Origin: a virus
Taxonomy: Duplodnaviria > Caudoviricetes
Virus record (IMG/VR): IMGVR_UViG_3300002220_006617
Location: 32,001-96,000 of that record
Strand: one strand, 5' to 3'
DNA: 64,000 nucleotides
Made by a program: the position numbers and the translations under genes. Positions 1-11,071 of the stretch are shown here, piece after piece. Each line of letters starts with the position of its first letter. Within the stretch, counting starts at the first letter, position 1. Under the pieces are notes generated by a model that worked only from the letters and a program-made list of their open reading frames with translations, searched no databases and was not told the DNA's origin.

Positions 1-102
1 AAAACGTGCCGAACTCATGGACAATATAATCCACATCTGCCAAGAACTCGAGACGCAAGAAGGCATCGACCGGACCAAAAACCACATCAAACGGTGCGAA
101 TC

Positions 103-798
103 ATGATCGACAAATCAACCCTCAACATTTTATTTACCAACGAAGTCGGGTCCCGCATGTGGGGTATGGAAGACCTGGCCAGTGATTACGACTGGATCAA
201 TATCTTCCAGAACCAGACCAGCAACATCCTCCGAAACGACCCCCGTCCCAATAATCTCCCGCAGGAACAGTACCTCAACAATGCAGGCCGGGAAATGGAT
301 GAAACCTACATGGAGATCGGCCATCTCATCAACCTGCTCTGTAAAGGCAACATCAACGCGATCTGGGCCGTCACCAGCCCGATAAAGATCAACAACAGCG
401 AACTCGATGCTCGCGGGGACGAGATCCGCAAAGTTCTGGCTGCTTGTATTAAAAATAACCCTTCAAAACAGACCTGGCATTCAATCAACGGGATGGGCTG
501 CTCCCAACTCACAGACGCCACAAAACGTGCCGGGGTCCGAGATACCAACAAAAGCCTACGGTCTGCAGCACGGACCTTCATGTTCGGCACCTGCCTGTTC
601 GACAACGGCCTTCTTGATTACGAAGTTGGAAAAAACGTTCCCCGGCATATCAGCTTAGCTCAGGTCGTAACCTGTCAGGACCAGATGAGGACCGCATACG
701 AGAGCTCCGAACTCCCGAAAACACCGGACGTATCCCAGTTCAAAGATTACCTCTACGAACTCCGGCTTCACGACCTGAAAAATCATGACCAACCGTAA
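103..798 (+). CDS. Predicted nucleotidyltransferase (Pol-beta superfamily, phage type)
   Basis: GSRMWG...SDYD signature (GS-x-DxD) near the N-terminus. Confidence 0.75.
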   Translation: MIDKSTLNILFTNEVGSRMWGMEDLASDYDWINIFQNQTSNILRNDPRPNNLPQEQYLNNAGREMDETYMEIGHLINLLCKGNINAIWAVTSPIKINNSELDARGDEIRKVLAACIKNNPSKQTWHSINGMGCSQLTDATKRAGVRDTNKSLRSAARTFMFGTCLFDNGLLDYEVGKNVPRHISLAQVVTCQDQMRTAYESSELPKTPDVSQFKDYLYELRLHDLKNHDQP

Positions 799-919
799 CA
801 AAGGCCGGCCACTCTCAAAAGAACACAGAATTGCCATCGGCCTTGGCGTCCAGAAACGACGGGACGAAGACATGAAACTAGTGATCACAGACCTCAAACG
901 AAAAGGAAAATTACCATGA
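785..919 (+). CDS. 44-aa NUMOD3-like DNA-binding peptide (not in ORF track)
   Basis: KGRPLSKEHRIAIG motif; overlaps both neighbouring genes. Confidence 0.5.
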   Translation: MTNRNKGRPLSKEHRIAIGLGVQKRRDEDMKLVITDLKRKGKLP

Positions 920-2286
920 CAACAATCAAAGCAGTTTTTGAAATCGGAGAAGAAACCCAAAAAAAACTCCTCCCGCTCGCAAGAGAAATGTATGCCGACC
1001 GGTATGAATGCGAACCGGATAAAGACGACGACCTTTCAGAATGGATCGTCAACGCATACCTCCAGGAATGTTTCACTGACAGCTGGTGGTCCGAAGCAGC
1101 AACAATCACATCTGGTGAAGAGTCATGATCAACCTTAATCCAGATGGGTGGAAGGCCTTGCGAGTCCAGAAAATGTATCTCCAGTTGCTCGGGGATGTTA
1201 GCGATGGCCGACTTACCCACAACGAAATGATAGCCCTCAAAGGTTTACTAGGGCTCGTCGATGCGATCCAAGACCAGGAAGTAATGGAGAACAGTTCCTA
1301 CAACGTCTTCACCCACAGTCAGTTACAGGCCGATTCCAAGAACAATAACCTCGAAATTGACGACGCCCCGTGGGTGATCATCGATACTTCAGCACCCGGT
1401 TACGAATGGGTAGACGCTTTCACCACCAAAAAAGCAGCTGAAGTACAGGTCAAAAACCTTACCGGAGAATTCAAATTCAAATACCTCGAGATCATCCCGA
1501 AAAAAGAATGGAAAGCCCGGCAGACAAAAATCAAAGCATATCTGAAATCCGGATGCACAGTCATCATCACCAACGCCTACGCAGAACTCAACCATGTAGA
1601 TTCTGACGGATTTACCCTGGGAGATATCGATACTGAAGAAGGCCCTGACTTTGCATTAATCGGCTGTACACGGTATCCAATTGACTGGAGTTTCGTTCCA
1701 GATTCCAACAGTCAAGATGATGATCGCCCATTTATCCTGATCTCCCAACACCAGCTCGATGAACTCAGTAACGATGACCGTGAACTCATCGAGATCCCAG
1801 CATGACCCCCGAGCCCAAAATCTGCCCAATCCTGAGCAGTGACGACGCAGACCGGCAATTCGTTCTTTGCGCCGATGGGTTTCCCTCAAAAAGCAAAATC
1901 GTCTGCAGGGCTTGGATACCCACAGTCTACTTTTGCTCAAAAAGAGACGGTTGCACTATCCTGGAGAAAGAAGGTTGCTGGCCTGAAACCTGTTCTGAAT
2001 GGACCCCTCAGGTAGTCCTCAGACCCGGTTACTGCAAACTCATCGACAAAACACCGGAATTCTGAACATGAAATGGAAATCATGGAAATGGGCCGTCACC
2101 CGTCGCATCACAATCCTTGTCGCCACATATGACTGGTGGTTCGGCGGATACTATGACGTAAGCAACCGGTGTCTTTACCTCATGGTCCCGTTCATAGGCC
2201 TCAAATTCGATTTTGGGGTCCTCCGCCATGAAAACGGTTGGTTCATGAGAGAAAGAATACGGACCTGGATGATGAAAAATGATTGA
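916..2286 (+). other. Run of small hypothetical CDSs (916-1128, 1125-1805, 1802-2065, ~2068-2286)
   Basis: Co-oriented, mostly ATGA stop/start coupling. Confidence 0.6.
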
Positions 2287-3016
2287 AACTCCTTTCGATA
2301 TCTACCTCGTAGGTGGCGCGGTCCGTGATGAAATCATGGGCCGGCCGATCAAAGATAATGACTTTACCTGCGAATGCAAGTCATTCGACGAAATGTATGA
2401 TTTTGTCAATAACATCTCCGAGAGAATCTATGACATCCCAAACGCTGAATTCAACCTCTGCCTCCGAGCACGGTTCCATAAAGAACCGTTTCTGCTCAAT
2501 GGTCAGTCGTATACGGGCGATCTGGACTTCGCATGCTGCAGAAAAGAAGTGGGATATTCTGATGGAAGACATCCGGATGTAGTCACCATCGGTACGCTCA
2601 AAGAGGATTTGAGCAGGCGGGACTTTTGCATGAACGCCATTGCCCGGGTACCGGGCACCAAGAGATACATCGACCCTTACCACGGCCGCCGGGACATCAA
2701 AAATGAACTCATCCGTTGTGTCGGAGATCCCAACATCCGGTTCCAGGAAGATGCATTACGAATCGTCAGAGCCCTCCGGTTCTCCGTCACATTAGGTTTC
2801 AATATCGACATTGCAACCAATGCAGCCATGGGCGACCTGGCCAACCTCAAACGGTTATCAGGCGTCTCCATCGACCGCCGCCGGGATGAACTCCAGAAAA
2901 TGTTCAAAGCCGACACCATCCTCGCACTCGAGGCACTCAACCACCACAACGATCTGATGTGGTCTTTATTCGACGACACAGATCTCTGGCTCAATCCAAC
3001 CAACAAAAAACGTTAA
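2279..3016 (+). CDS. cca: Class II tRNA nucleotidyltransferase (CCA-adding/poly(A) polymerase family), short form
   Basis: YLVGGAVRD, DxD, RRDFxMNAIA, EDALRIVRALRF motifs. Confidence 0.85.
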   Translation: MIETPFDIYLVGGAVRDEIMGRPIKDNDFTCECKSFDEMYDFVNNISERIYDIPNAEFNLCLRARFHKEPFLLNGQSYTGDLDFACCRKEVGYSDGRHPDVVTIGTLKEDLSRRDFCMNAIARVPGTKRYIDPYHGRRDIKNELIRCVGDPNIRFQEDALRIVRALRFSVTLGFNIDIATNAAMGDLANLKRLSGVSIDRRRDELQKMFKADTILALEALNHHNDLMWSLFDDTDLWLNPTNKKR

Positions 3017-3038
3017 CCAATACCCCAGGAAAATTACC

Positions 3039-3713
3039 ATGATGCAAACCACATACACAACTAACAGCACAGATGACATCACAACTGCAATCACAACCTA
3101 TTTTGAGAACAGAAAATACACGGCAATAAAGCAATCATCTATCATTGCAACAATCGAATCAATGACCGGATACGCCCGTGAAACCATCCGGAAAGTCCTC
3201 ATCGAAATGTCAATAGGAGGAGTCCTGACACGGGAATTGGTAAACTTCAATGCATATACCACACGTTCAGAAGTATTTTACAGAATGAAAACAACCCCCG
3301 CAAGAAAGATTGCCGTAAACATAACTACGGAAAAACAGAACCGGGAGATGAATGATGGGCGAGCAGAATATCATACAAAAACCCGGAGAATGCTCAGTAC
3401 AAATACGACATTCATCGACTTCCTCCAGGAGTACCGGATAACATTCCCCGGATCATCAAGAACAAGAAAATCACTGGCTAAACTGTGGAAGAACACAAAA
3501 ATCAGAACAAAACAGCACAAAATAAAAACAATTACAGTCCCAGTAGCCAAAAAAACCCCCGAAGTATCAGCACCAGCCGGAAAAACACCCAAGGCAGACC
3601 CCTCAACATTCGAGTCCCTCCTGATGACGATTGTAAACCAGAACGCTACCATCATCAACGAACTGTACTCAAAAAAATATCCGGCATCAACGATAGTTCC
3701 CCTGGCCGTATAA
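3039..3713 (+). CDS. Putative DNA-binding protein, paralogue of 5958-6611
   Basis: wHTH-like N-terminus; YRxxFPxSxRT..W motif shared with 5958-6611. Confidence 0.5.
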   Translation: MMQTTYTTNSTDDITTAITTYFENRKYTAIKQSSIIATIESMTGYARETIRKVLIEMSIGGVLTRELVNFNAYTTRSEVFYRMKTTPARKIAVNITTEKQNREMNDGRAEYHTKTRRMLSTNTTFIDFLQEYRITFPGSSRTRKSLAKLWKNTKIRTKQHKIKTITVPVAKKTPEVSAPAGKTPKADPSTFESLLMTIVNQNATIINELYSKKYPASTIVPLAV

Positions 3714-3728
3714 AAAAAGTGATCTGCC

Positions 3729-3995
3729 ATGTTATCCGAAGACCTCAAAAAACAAATCCGTACCGTCAACACAGCCACAGACGTCCATGAACTCTGGGAC
3801 CTCTTGCGGGAAGTCCAGGACCGGGTACATCGTACAGAATGCATGACCTACTATTCAGGTGACAAGGTCATCTTCAACAACCGCGGCATAAAATCAACCG
3901 GCACGGTCACCAAAGTCAACCAGAAAACCATCAGTATCACACTCGACAACGGGGCCCGTTGGAAAGTCACTCCGTCATCCCTGGCAAAGGCATAA
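3729..3995 (+). CDS. Small KOW/SH3-like protein
   Basis: GDKVIF...TGTVTKVNQKTISI...WKV pattern. Confidence 0.5.
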   Translation: MLSEDLKKQIRTVNTATDVHELWDLLREVQDRVHRTECMTYYSGDKVIFNNRGIKSTGTVTKVNQKTISITLDNGARWKVTPSSLAKA

Positions 3996-3997
3996 CC

Positions 3998-5429
3998 ATG
4001 AACGACGATTGCGTATGTAGTGCCTGTTACCGGGACGAATGTGAAACCCGGGACGCCAACGTAAACGTAGTAGCCTGCAGCGATCAGATCAAAAAAGATG
4101 ATCTTCTCACTGAAAAACAGATCACGGACCTGGTTGAAGCCATCATTGAAAACAGTTGCAATGACTGTAAACAATACTCGATCCCATTGAGTCAATCAGA
4201 TTGCCACTGTGACTTTGTTGCTGACACTATCGTTGATGCAACCCACAACAACAAAGAAGAACTGCGGGCCTGTGCCATCTGGGAACACTACCAGGACCTC
4301 CACATGAAATCATTGAACCTCAGCAACAACAACTGCCCGGTATGCCACGCCAAAGATTGCATGGACGGCAAAGAAGTTGTAATCGCAGATAACAAAGCTT
4401 TCCAGGATTGCTCCTGCACAGAATGCGGTAAAAGTTTCCAGCACGAATATACCCTAACGGCTGTCCGGGAATACATATAACTCATTTTTTAGGTGAACTT
4501 TCATGATTGAAATAGACAACGTCATTGCTATCCGCACCGAACATAAGTCAATCATCAATAGAATTGACTCCAGTCGGAAAGAGTCAGTAGAATTACTGAA
4601 AGAACAAGAGGCGAAGTACCGTGACGAAGAGTACCGGTTCGAAGGACTCAAACGAAAAACAGAAAGTCAACGAGCTGATCTCAATACTGCAACCGATAAA
4701 GAGATCACCAGCCACCGGATAACCATACGGGATATCGAATTGAAGTATCTCCGGCAGCTGGCATTCAGCAACATCCGGAACCACTACCCCCATGAATTCG
4801 AAATGGACTCCCGCGACGCTGAATCCCGCGGAATTGTTGAAGAACAGGTTATCTGGACACACCCCCTGGTTGCCATCATTGCCCGGTACGTCAGTAATAC
4901 CGGAAGGTACAATTCAAAACCAGTCAATAAAATTGACTATTCCGTAAAAGTCTACTTTCATAAGGATATGAACCAATGGCTTCGTGACATTGAAGGACAT
5001 TACACGGCCTGGGATACCCGGTACTTAATCGAGAAATCATTCCCAACTGTTGAGGCTGCCAAGAAATATCACGAACGAAACTCGGCCAAATACATCGAAC
5101 CTGCGATTGCCAACCTCACGGCATTCACCCAGGAGATCGATAATACAACATCGAATTTCGAACATCTCTTTGATTTCCGGTACCTCACCGAACCTTACCT
5201 CAACCGCCATCACAGCGGCGATAACTCATTCAAGATCCTCAAAACCGAGAAGTCAATACTGACTCTGGACGATGGGATCACAATTACTCTTGAAGGCAAC
5301 AGGTTCATCATTGCAGGGCCGCCATCACTCGACATCAACCCACGAGCCAGCGAAGGTTGGGATTATTCCCCCCGGGCCCAGATCCTTGGAGCTATTGAAA
5401 CAGAATTCAATCTCCATAAAATCAACTAA
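3998..5429 (+). other. Cys-rich Zn-ribbon protein (3998-4480) and coiled-coil hypothetical protein (4503-5429)
   Basis: Several CxxC pairs; long ORFs. Confidence 0.55.
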
Positions 5430-5486
5430 CTTTTTATCTAGAAGTGACTTTCATTTATCTCCCGTCACCCCCTTCGTTCTCATTAT

Positions 5487-5936
5487 ATGACGACGTTTAT
5501 TGAAGAATACTGGCTGCCGCTTGCTATTGGTATAGTCGCAGCACTCTACGTCCTCCTACGGATTTTGTTCCCGGAACTGTTCAAGCCGGCTGTTGATCCC
5601 CAGACCCCCCCGGTCAATCCGACCACCCCTAATGAGGGTACTGTCTATGGAAAAATAGTATACAGCGACAGTACCTTACTCAACGGAACAACCATCACCC
5701 TGAAAGCAGGAGGTACCACCACAATCGGAACGTTTGTGATGGGAGATACCTGTTCTTCATATACCTATGCATTCCACAAAGTGCCGCACGGAGCCTATGT
5801 TCTAACGGCACACAGGGATCTCGGGAATGGATCATATCTCCGGGGGGATGCCCAGGTAAATCTGAAAGGGACCGTGCAGATCATACCCGACTTGACACTG
5901 GAAAGAACAAAATCCACCATCAAAACCTTTTTTTAA
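5487..5936 (+). CDS. Membrane-anchored protein with carboxypeptidase-regulatory/Cna-B-like beta domain
   Basis: N-terminal TM helix, Pro/Thr linker, GTVYGKI...YAFHKVPHGAYVLTA; late-type promoter upstream. Confidence 0.6.
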   Translation: MTTFIEEYWLPLAIGIVAALYVLLRILFPELFKPAVDPQTPPVNPTTPNEGTVYGKIVYSDSTLLNGTTITLKAGGTTTIGTFVMGDTCSSYTYAFHKVPHGAYVLTAHRDLGNGSYLRGDAQVNLKGTVQIIPDLTLERTKSTIKTFF

Positions 5937-5957
5937 TTGAATCACCTTCATGCCAAT

Positions 5958-6611
5958 ATGCAATCACAGACGAGAGGGTCATATCATAAGATTCTAACCT
6001 CTGAAAAAGAACTAACGTTAACTGCCAAAAACGCACGAAAATATTTAGAAAAATACAGAGAAGTCTTTCCAAATTCCGAGCGTAACGATACGTCGATAAA
6101 AAGCATCTGGAACAACCGGCATAAATGGGAGAAAGAACTAGGAAGAAAAACCCCGGCCAAAATCAATCGAACACCCATCCCGCGGCAATCTAAAAAAGAA
6201 ACAGTCACCCTTCATCCCGCGGTTGTCCCGCACGGTATGCTCGGCAACAAGATAGGCGACCTTGAAAAACGTATGGTTGTCGAGTCCAGAACCTTTGACG
6301 AATTCACAACCAAATATCGTGAAATCTATCCCGAGACTGACCGAACCAACACCAACCTTTACAGCATTTACGGCAAACGTCATCTTTATAAAAAAGATTT
6401 CACCATCACTCTGGCACTCCCGGATAAAAAGAAAATCACCACCCCTGCAACCCCTCCGGCAGTCCCTGAAAAAGACATTAAGGACCTCATGATCACCCAG
6501 AATAACCTGCTCGCCGAGATCATCCAGTTACATAAAGAAACCATCCAGCTCAATAAAGACACATATGCATTATTCGATGAACTCCGAACAAAAAAACCAA
6601 AAGAACCATAA
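5958..6611 (+). CDS. Hypothetical protein with two YRxx(F/Y)PxxxR repeats
   Basis: YREVFPNSERN and YREIYPETDRT internal repeats. Confidence 0.55.
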   Translation: MQSQTRGSYHKILTSEKELTLTAKNARKYLEKYREVFPNSERNDTSIKSIWNNRHKWEKELGRKTPAKINRTPIPRQSKKETVTLHPAVVPHGMLGNKIGDLEKRMVVESRTFDEFTTKYREIYPETDRTNTNLYSIYGKRHLYKKDFTITLALPDKKKITTPATPPAVPEKDIKDLMITQNNLLAEIIQLHKETIQLNKDTYALFDELRTKKPKEP

Positions 6612-6801
6612 TTGTCCTATATGTCCCATAATTGTCCTAAAAAACCAGAATATAACCAAAGTGACTTTTATTTCCACAGACAATTGAACAATATGATAAA
6701 AAAACCAGATAAAAGATCTAGTTCTTATGTAGCATCATACGGTTTATGAACATAGGTCTACGACGTAAAACGAACTCTTCGGAATTTCCGAATAGTTCGG
6801 C

Positions 6802-7231
6802 CTCCACTGGAAATGGACCACAACTCCAATGAAATACCACCCCTTTTCACCAACCCCTCACGTCAGACTTTCGTAGAACAAACATTTTGTGACTACTTCC
6901 ATAGAAACCTATTTAAAAAAGCCCGTTCAACCATCCACCGTCGATAATGATGTACGGAAACGATTGCCCTCCCTCCACCGGGCTTTATGGAAGATACCTA
7001 GACGACCTTGGAAACCAGCAATGCGGAGTCTGTAAACGATACAAGGCCCTGATAGCATTTCCTCTTACAATCAAGAACGGTATCTGTTATTACGACCATA
7101 AATGCAAAGAATGCAGGAACGTTACCAATAAAGAAAACTATCAAAAGAAAAAGGTTGTTGAAGTTCCACAGGAAATGAAACCAAGCCCATCCGACGTGGC
7201 CACCCTTAGAAACGTAATGTTTCCACTGGAA
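6802..7231. promoter_or_regulatory. Cluster of ORB/mini-ORB-like sites (candidate origin or Orc1 operator)
   Basis: GTTTCCACTGGAA at 7219 (reverse of TTCCAGTGGAAAC), CTCCACTGGAAA at 6802, GTTCCACAGGAAA at 7163, weaker copies at 6824 and 6896. Confidence 0.45.
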
Positions 7232-7264
7232 AATAACAGAGATCTAAATACTTCCGACTCCTAA
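6947..7264 (+). CDS. Zn-finger protein of the HNH-associated type
   Basis: CGVCKRYK...F...CKECR. Confidence 0.5.
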   Translation: MMYGNDCPPSTGLYGRYLDDLGNQQCGVCKRYKALIAFPLTIKNGICYYDHKCKECRNVTNKENYQKKKVVEVPQEMKPSPSDVATLRNVMFPLENNRDLNTSDS

Positions 7265-7295
7265 TCATCATCAGCAACAATCACAGGCGACACAA

Positions 7296-7685
7296 ATGAA
7301 ACTATCCGAAATAGTATACCCGCTGGAACAACAGATCATAAATGAGGTAAAAAAACCTCAACAACATTGGCTCGGAAAAAAACTATCCCAAGAACATAGA
7401 GATGCGATAAGCAGAGGTTTACAAAAAGCAAAATTAGAAGGACGAAGAAACAGGTCAAACCCCCGCCACTGCGATACCCTTGCAGTAAAAATAAGAATTC
7501 TTCCAACACCGAACGAAAACAAAAAATATTATCATCGATCCGCAAAAGAGATCTGTGCAATTCTCGAACGTAATAAAATCCATCTTAAACACGATACTCA
7601 AAGACTTGACACAGAATTTATCATCGATTTCAGCACACATAATGAGTATAAAATAAATATCACCGACCTCGTAGTCGATATCTAA
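7296..7685 (+). CDS. NUMOD3-motif protein
   Basis: GKKLSQEHRDAISRGL. Confidence 0.55.
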   Translation: MKLSEIVYPLEQQIINEVKKPQQHWLGKKLSQEHRDAISRGLQKAKLEGRRNRSNPRHCDTLAVKIRILPTPNENKKYYHRSAKEICAILERNKIHLKHDTQRLDTEFIIDFSTHNEYKINITDLVVDI

Positions 7686-7712
7686 TCATCAGCAACAATC
7701 ACGGACGACAAC

Positions 7713-8327
7713 ATGAACGCGACAACACGGGCTGCTTTATGTAGCTCATCTTCTGAATGTTGGAATTCACCCTCGCACATACTTGACTCAGTTTACCGGG
7801 TCCTGGGGCACGTAGATCTCGATCCCTGCAGCAATATGGACTGGTTCTGGGACATTGGCCTGAAAACGCATAATGTCAGAGCAGAACTACATTTCTGCGA
7901 ACGGGTAAATGGCCTCCTCCAGCGATGGGATGGAACGGTATACCTTAACCCCCCGTATGGCGACCAGCTCCTCCCCTGGATCACAAAACTGGATTACGAA
8001 TACCGGGCCGGCCACGTAACCGAAGCCATTGTACTAATACCCGGCCGGCTCGAGACGGAATGGTTCAACATTTTGTCACCGCATTACATCCGGTGCGAGA
8101 TCCTCACCCGCCTCCATTTCAGCAACTCCAAGAACTCTGCAACATTCCCCTCGGTCCTGTTCTACCTGGGCACCCGCGAGAACCGGTTCATTGAAGAGTT
8201 TAAACAATACGGCAACATTGTCAAATGCATTGCACCATCAACCTACGAGAGAAAAACCCGAAGAAAGATTACAGGAGTCAATCTCACAGAAGAAAGAGTC
8301 AATGTTCAACAGATGGTCCTGCTCTGA
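7713..8327 (+). CDS. Phage-type DNA N6-adenine methyltransferase
   Basis: WNSP, DLDPC, NPPY motifs. Confidence 0.85.
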   Translation: MNATTRAALCSSSSECWNSPSHILDSVYRVLGHVDLDPCSNMDWFWDIGLKTHNVRAELHFCERVNGLLQRWDGTVYLNPPYGDQLLPWITKLDYEYRAGHVTEAIVLIPGRLETEWFNILSPHYIRCEILTRLHFSNSKNSATFPSVLFYLGTRENRFIEEFKQYGNIVKCIAPSTYERKTRRKITGVNLTEERVNVQQMVLL

Positions 8328-8340
8328 TCCTGAACCCGTT

Positions 8341-8408
8341 ACCGTGCCCCTCACGGGTAACCCCTCGCCCTGATGGACAAGGGGATACTCCGTCGGGGCA
8401 CATACGGT
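8341..8408 (+). repeat. Long TGAT-loop hairpin H1
   Basis: GTGCCCC/GGGGCAC, CGGGTA/TACTCCG and CCCCT/AGGGG stems; TGAT loop at 8371; homologous to H2. Confidence 0.75.
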
Positions 8409-8433
8409 GGATTCATTAAAAGGTTTGATCTTT

Positions 8434-8832
8434 ATGGATTCACCTACTACACCAACTATGCCTGCGGTTAAAACCGAGTGGCGAAACGTCGGTAACATTA
8501 TACCGTCGAAGTTTATTACCGGGAAAGATATTGCTTTCCTGAACAACGTCAACCTCAACCTCCTCATTGATCACGACAACAACGTCATGGTCCAGGGGGC
8601 CCCGGACGAAAACAAACAGCCGAGATACATGCAGGTCTCAAAGATCATCCCGGCATCAAACGGCACGACCGGCCGGATCCCTATCTTCGGGACCACGATC
8701 ACGGTCAACCTTGAGCGGCTGGCTGAGATGCGGTCCGGCCAGAGAGACTGGGTCCAGATCGCGATCCCCAAGAAGACGGTCGGCACCACTGCGCCGGAAG
8801 TATCCCCGCACGATATCCCTGCAGCAGTCTGA
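8434..8832 (+). CDS. Small beta-rich protein, paralogue family with 23140 and 46725
   Basis: Shared C-terminal pattern, e.g. SNGTTGRIPIFGTTITVN. Confidence 0.6.
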   Translation: MDSPTTPTMPAVKTEWRNVGNIIPSKFITGKDIAFLNNVNLNLLIDHDNNVMVQGAPDENKQPRYMQVSKIIPASNGTTGRIPIFGTTITVNLERLAEMRSGQRDWVQIAIPKKTVGTTAPEVSPHDIPAAV

Positions 8833-8850
8833 TTTCACGGAGGCCCTCAC

Positions 8851-9291
8851 ATGTCAACCCCCAAATTTTTCCTGATTGCAATGCTGTTAGTCATCAGCTG
8901 CATCAGCTTCACCGGCTGCACAGAAGAGACCACCGCCACGGACTACTCCTGGCAGACTGACAGAACCGATGCTCCCGTTGCCAATACCCCGCGGGTAGTT
9001 GCAACCAAATCCCCGGATTACACCATATCCAACCTTGAGCAGACTTCTGACACCAGCAACCCATACCTGTCAAAGACCACGGTTACCGGTATTGTCAAGA
9101 ACAACCGGAACGTCGAAAAGAGTTTCGTCCTGGTCAAAGCAGAGTTCTTTGATGCAAGCAACGTCAAACTCGGATTCTCCAGTGACTACATTGACTCAAT
9201 AGGACCTGGCCAGTCGGCCAAGTTCGAGATCACATCGTTCAGTGACGACATTGCCGAAAACTCCGATCATTACTCGGTATCAGTTTCATAA
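8851..9291 (+). CDS. Archaeal lipoprotein with FxLYD-like domain
   Basis: Signal peptide with FTGC lipobox; VTGIVKN...VKAEFFDA...IGPGQSAKFEI. Confidence 0.8.
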   Translation: MSTPKFFLIAMLLVISCISFTGCTEETTATDYSWQTDRTDAPVANTPRVVATKSPDYTISNLEQTSDTSNPYLSKTTVTGIVKNNRNVEKSFVLVKAEFFDASNVKLGFSSDYIDSIGPGQSAKFEITSFSDDIAENSDHYSVSVS

Positions 9292-9311
9292 CCATTTTCA
9301 TTTTTTACCGC

Positions 9312-9386
9312 GGGGCCGGGTAGACGTACCCCTCAGGCTAAAGTCCGGCAACCACCGGACGACCAGTTCGACTCTGGAAGACCCCT
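9312..9386 (+). ncRNA. tRNA-like element or pseudo-tRNA
   Basis: 74 nt, GGGG/CCCC ends, CCAG-TTCGACT-CTGG T-arm, two further hairpins; no proper anticodon arm. Confidence 0.3.
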
Positions 9387-9488
9387 TTGAAAAGCGAGCA
9401 TTATTATGTTTTCAGAAATAACATGCAACCCACAGGTGCAGGACCGGTTCAGCAACCCGGCTCAGCACACATCACAGGCGACAAGATC

Positions 9489-11071
9489 ATGAACAGATAC
9501 AATGACCTTCGGGTATACTACGTCGATTTCCCGGACCTCCCGGCAATCTACGGCTGCCCGAAAGTCTGGGCGGAGAACAAGGCCGACTCCATTATAGAGG
9601 CACGGGCCCTCTGGGGCCGCATGGAAGGCAAAGAATGTCATCGACTCCCCAACGGCACACGGGTCTATGAAAAAGATCCATCCACCAAATATTTCGAAAA
9701 CATGATCACCGAAGCCCGCCGGCTCGGGATACCAGCAACGGACATGTATTAGCATGACAACTGATGAAGAACTAATCGAGATATTCGAATTTGACAAATG
9801 GATGAACGTCACCCAGGGTAAAATCATTTTACTCGATGAACGGTTCGCCAACAAAACAGAACGCGAGAATCCGAACCTGCACGTTTACGGGGTTCGTGAA
9901 GAAGAAAACCCGGACTGGAATGGAATCCACATATCCAAACCCGGCGGTGAACTTGATTTCATCCAAACCATCGAGAAAAACGTATGGGTCAATCGAATCA
10001 TGGAATTCATCACAGACTTCCCGATCCCCCACCTCGAGAACAACGGTATCATCAACCTCATGAATGGGGACACATCAACACCCTGGGACGTCAACAACGG
10101 TGATTTATCCATCCAGACTTGGGTAAACGACATGTTTGAGTTATCATGACCCACAAAACCAAAGGGATCCATGAGATCAAGTCCGGCATCTACAAAGGAC
10201 TGACCACAAAGGAGGTCCTCGACAATGCCTGGGAATGCAATAGTATTGCCCAACATCACATCCTGACCAGTTGGGCCCCGGACTTCCCGACACGCGACAT
10301 CATCTGGGATGAAGAGATCCGCGGTCAGACTACTGACGGGTACTGGGAAAACATGCCCCTCTGCAAAATACGGATTCTGGACCTCCTGAACCACCGTCCC
10401 GAAGAAGATTATCACCGCGGTATGTTCGGCCGGATGCTCTTATCAGTCAGATGCTGCCCGGGCCGTGAAGATTACGGGATTGGTAACCTGTTCCGGGATA
10501 TCCGGAAAATAGCCGAAGGTTACGACAACGATCGCCTGGGGGAATGGCCAAATGCTGACGATAAAGATTGCAGACTGAACTGCAAACAGTATCAGGAAAG
10601 CAAATACAAAGCCGAACAATGCGACGCCGAAAAACTCTGGCGTGAAGAACACAAGGAGACCTGGTAATGACGCAAATAAAAGCAATTGTAACGTTCGACA
10701 TCCCGGACGACAAACCCATGCACGAAATACTCGATAGTGACTTCTTCCTCGAAGAACCCGAGTTAAAGTTCCTCAACGAAGTTGCCGACAAGACCTATCC
10801 GGAACTCACTCCGGAACAGCAGGAACAAGTGCGTGACTGGCTGTTCAAAGACAAAATGAGTTACGAACTTGCCGGGGACGATTACGACTACAAAATCATC
10901 AACCCCTCACTCAACGCGGTAAACTGCCCAAAATGCAGGACCCAGAACATCACGGCCGAACCGCCCAACGGCGACCATAACCAGATGTGGGAACATATTT
11001 ATTGCAATGACTGTTCTTACGGCTGGATCAATATCTTTGAATTCACCGGTCAGGAGACCAACCATGGATAA
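9489..11071 (+). other. Four hypothetical CDSs (9489-9752, 9754-10149, 10146-10667, 10667-11071)
   Basis: Tightly coupled ORFs; the last carries a CPKC..CNDC Zn ribbon. Confidence 0.6.

Noticed and set aside
904-918. AGGAAAATTACC-ATG (also at 3028) as class I motif copies
   Set aside because: Lack the AAAAG half and the 10-nt spacing; more likely an RBS-like context
9312-9386. Functional canonical tRNA (including Pyl/Sec)
   Set aside because: Acceptor stem has two mismatches and there is no paired anticodon stem; kept only as tRNA-like
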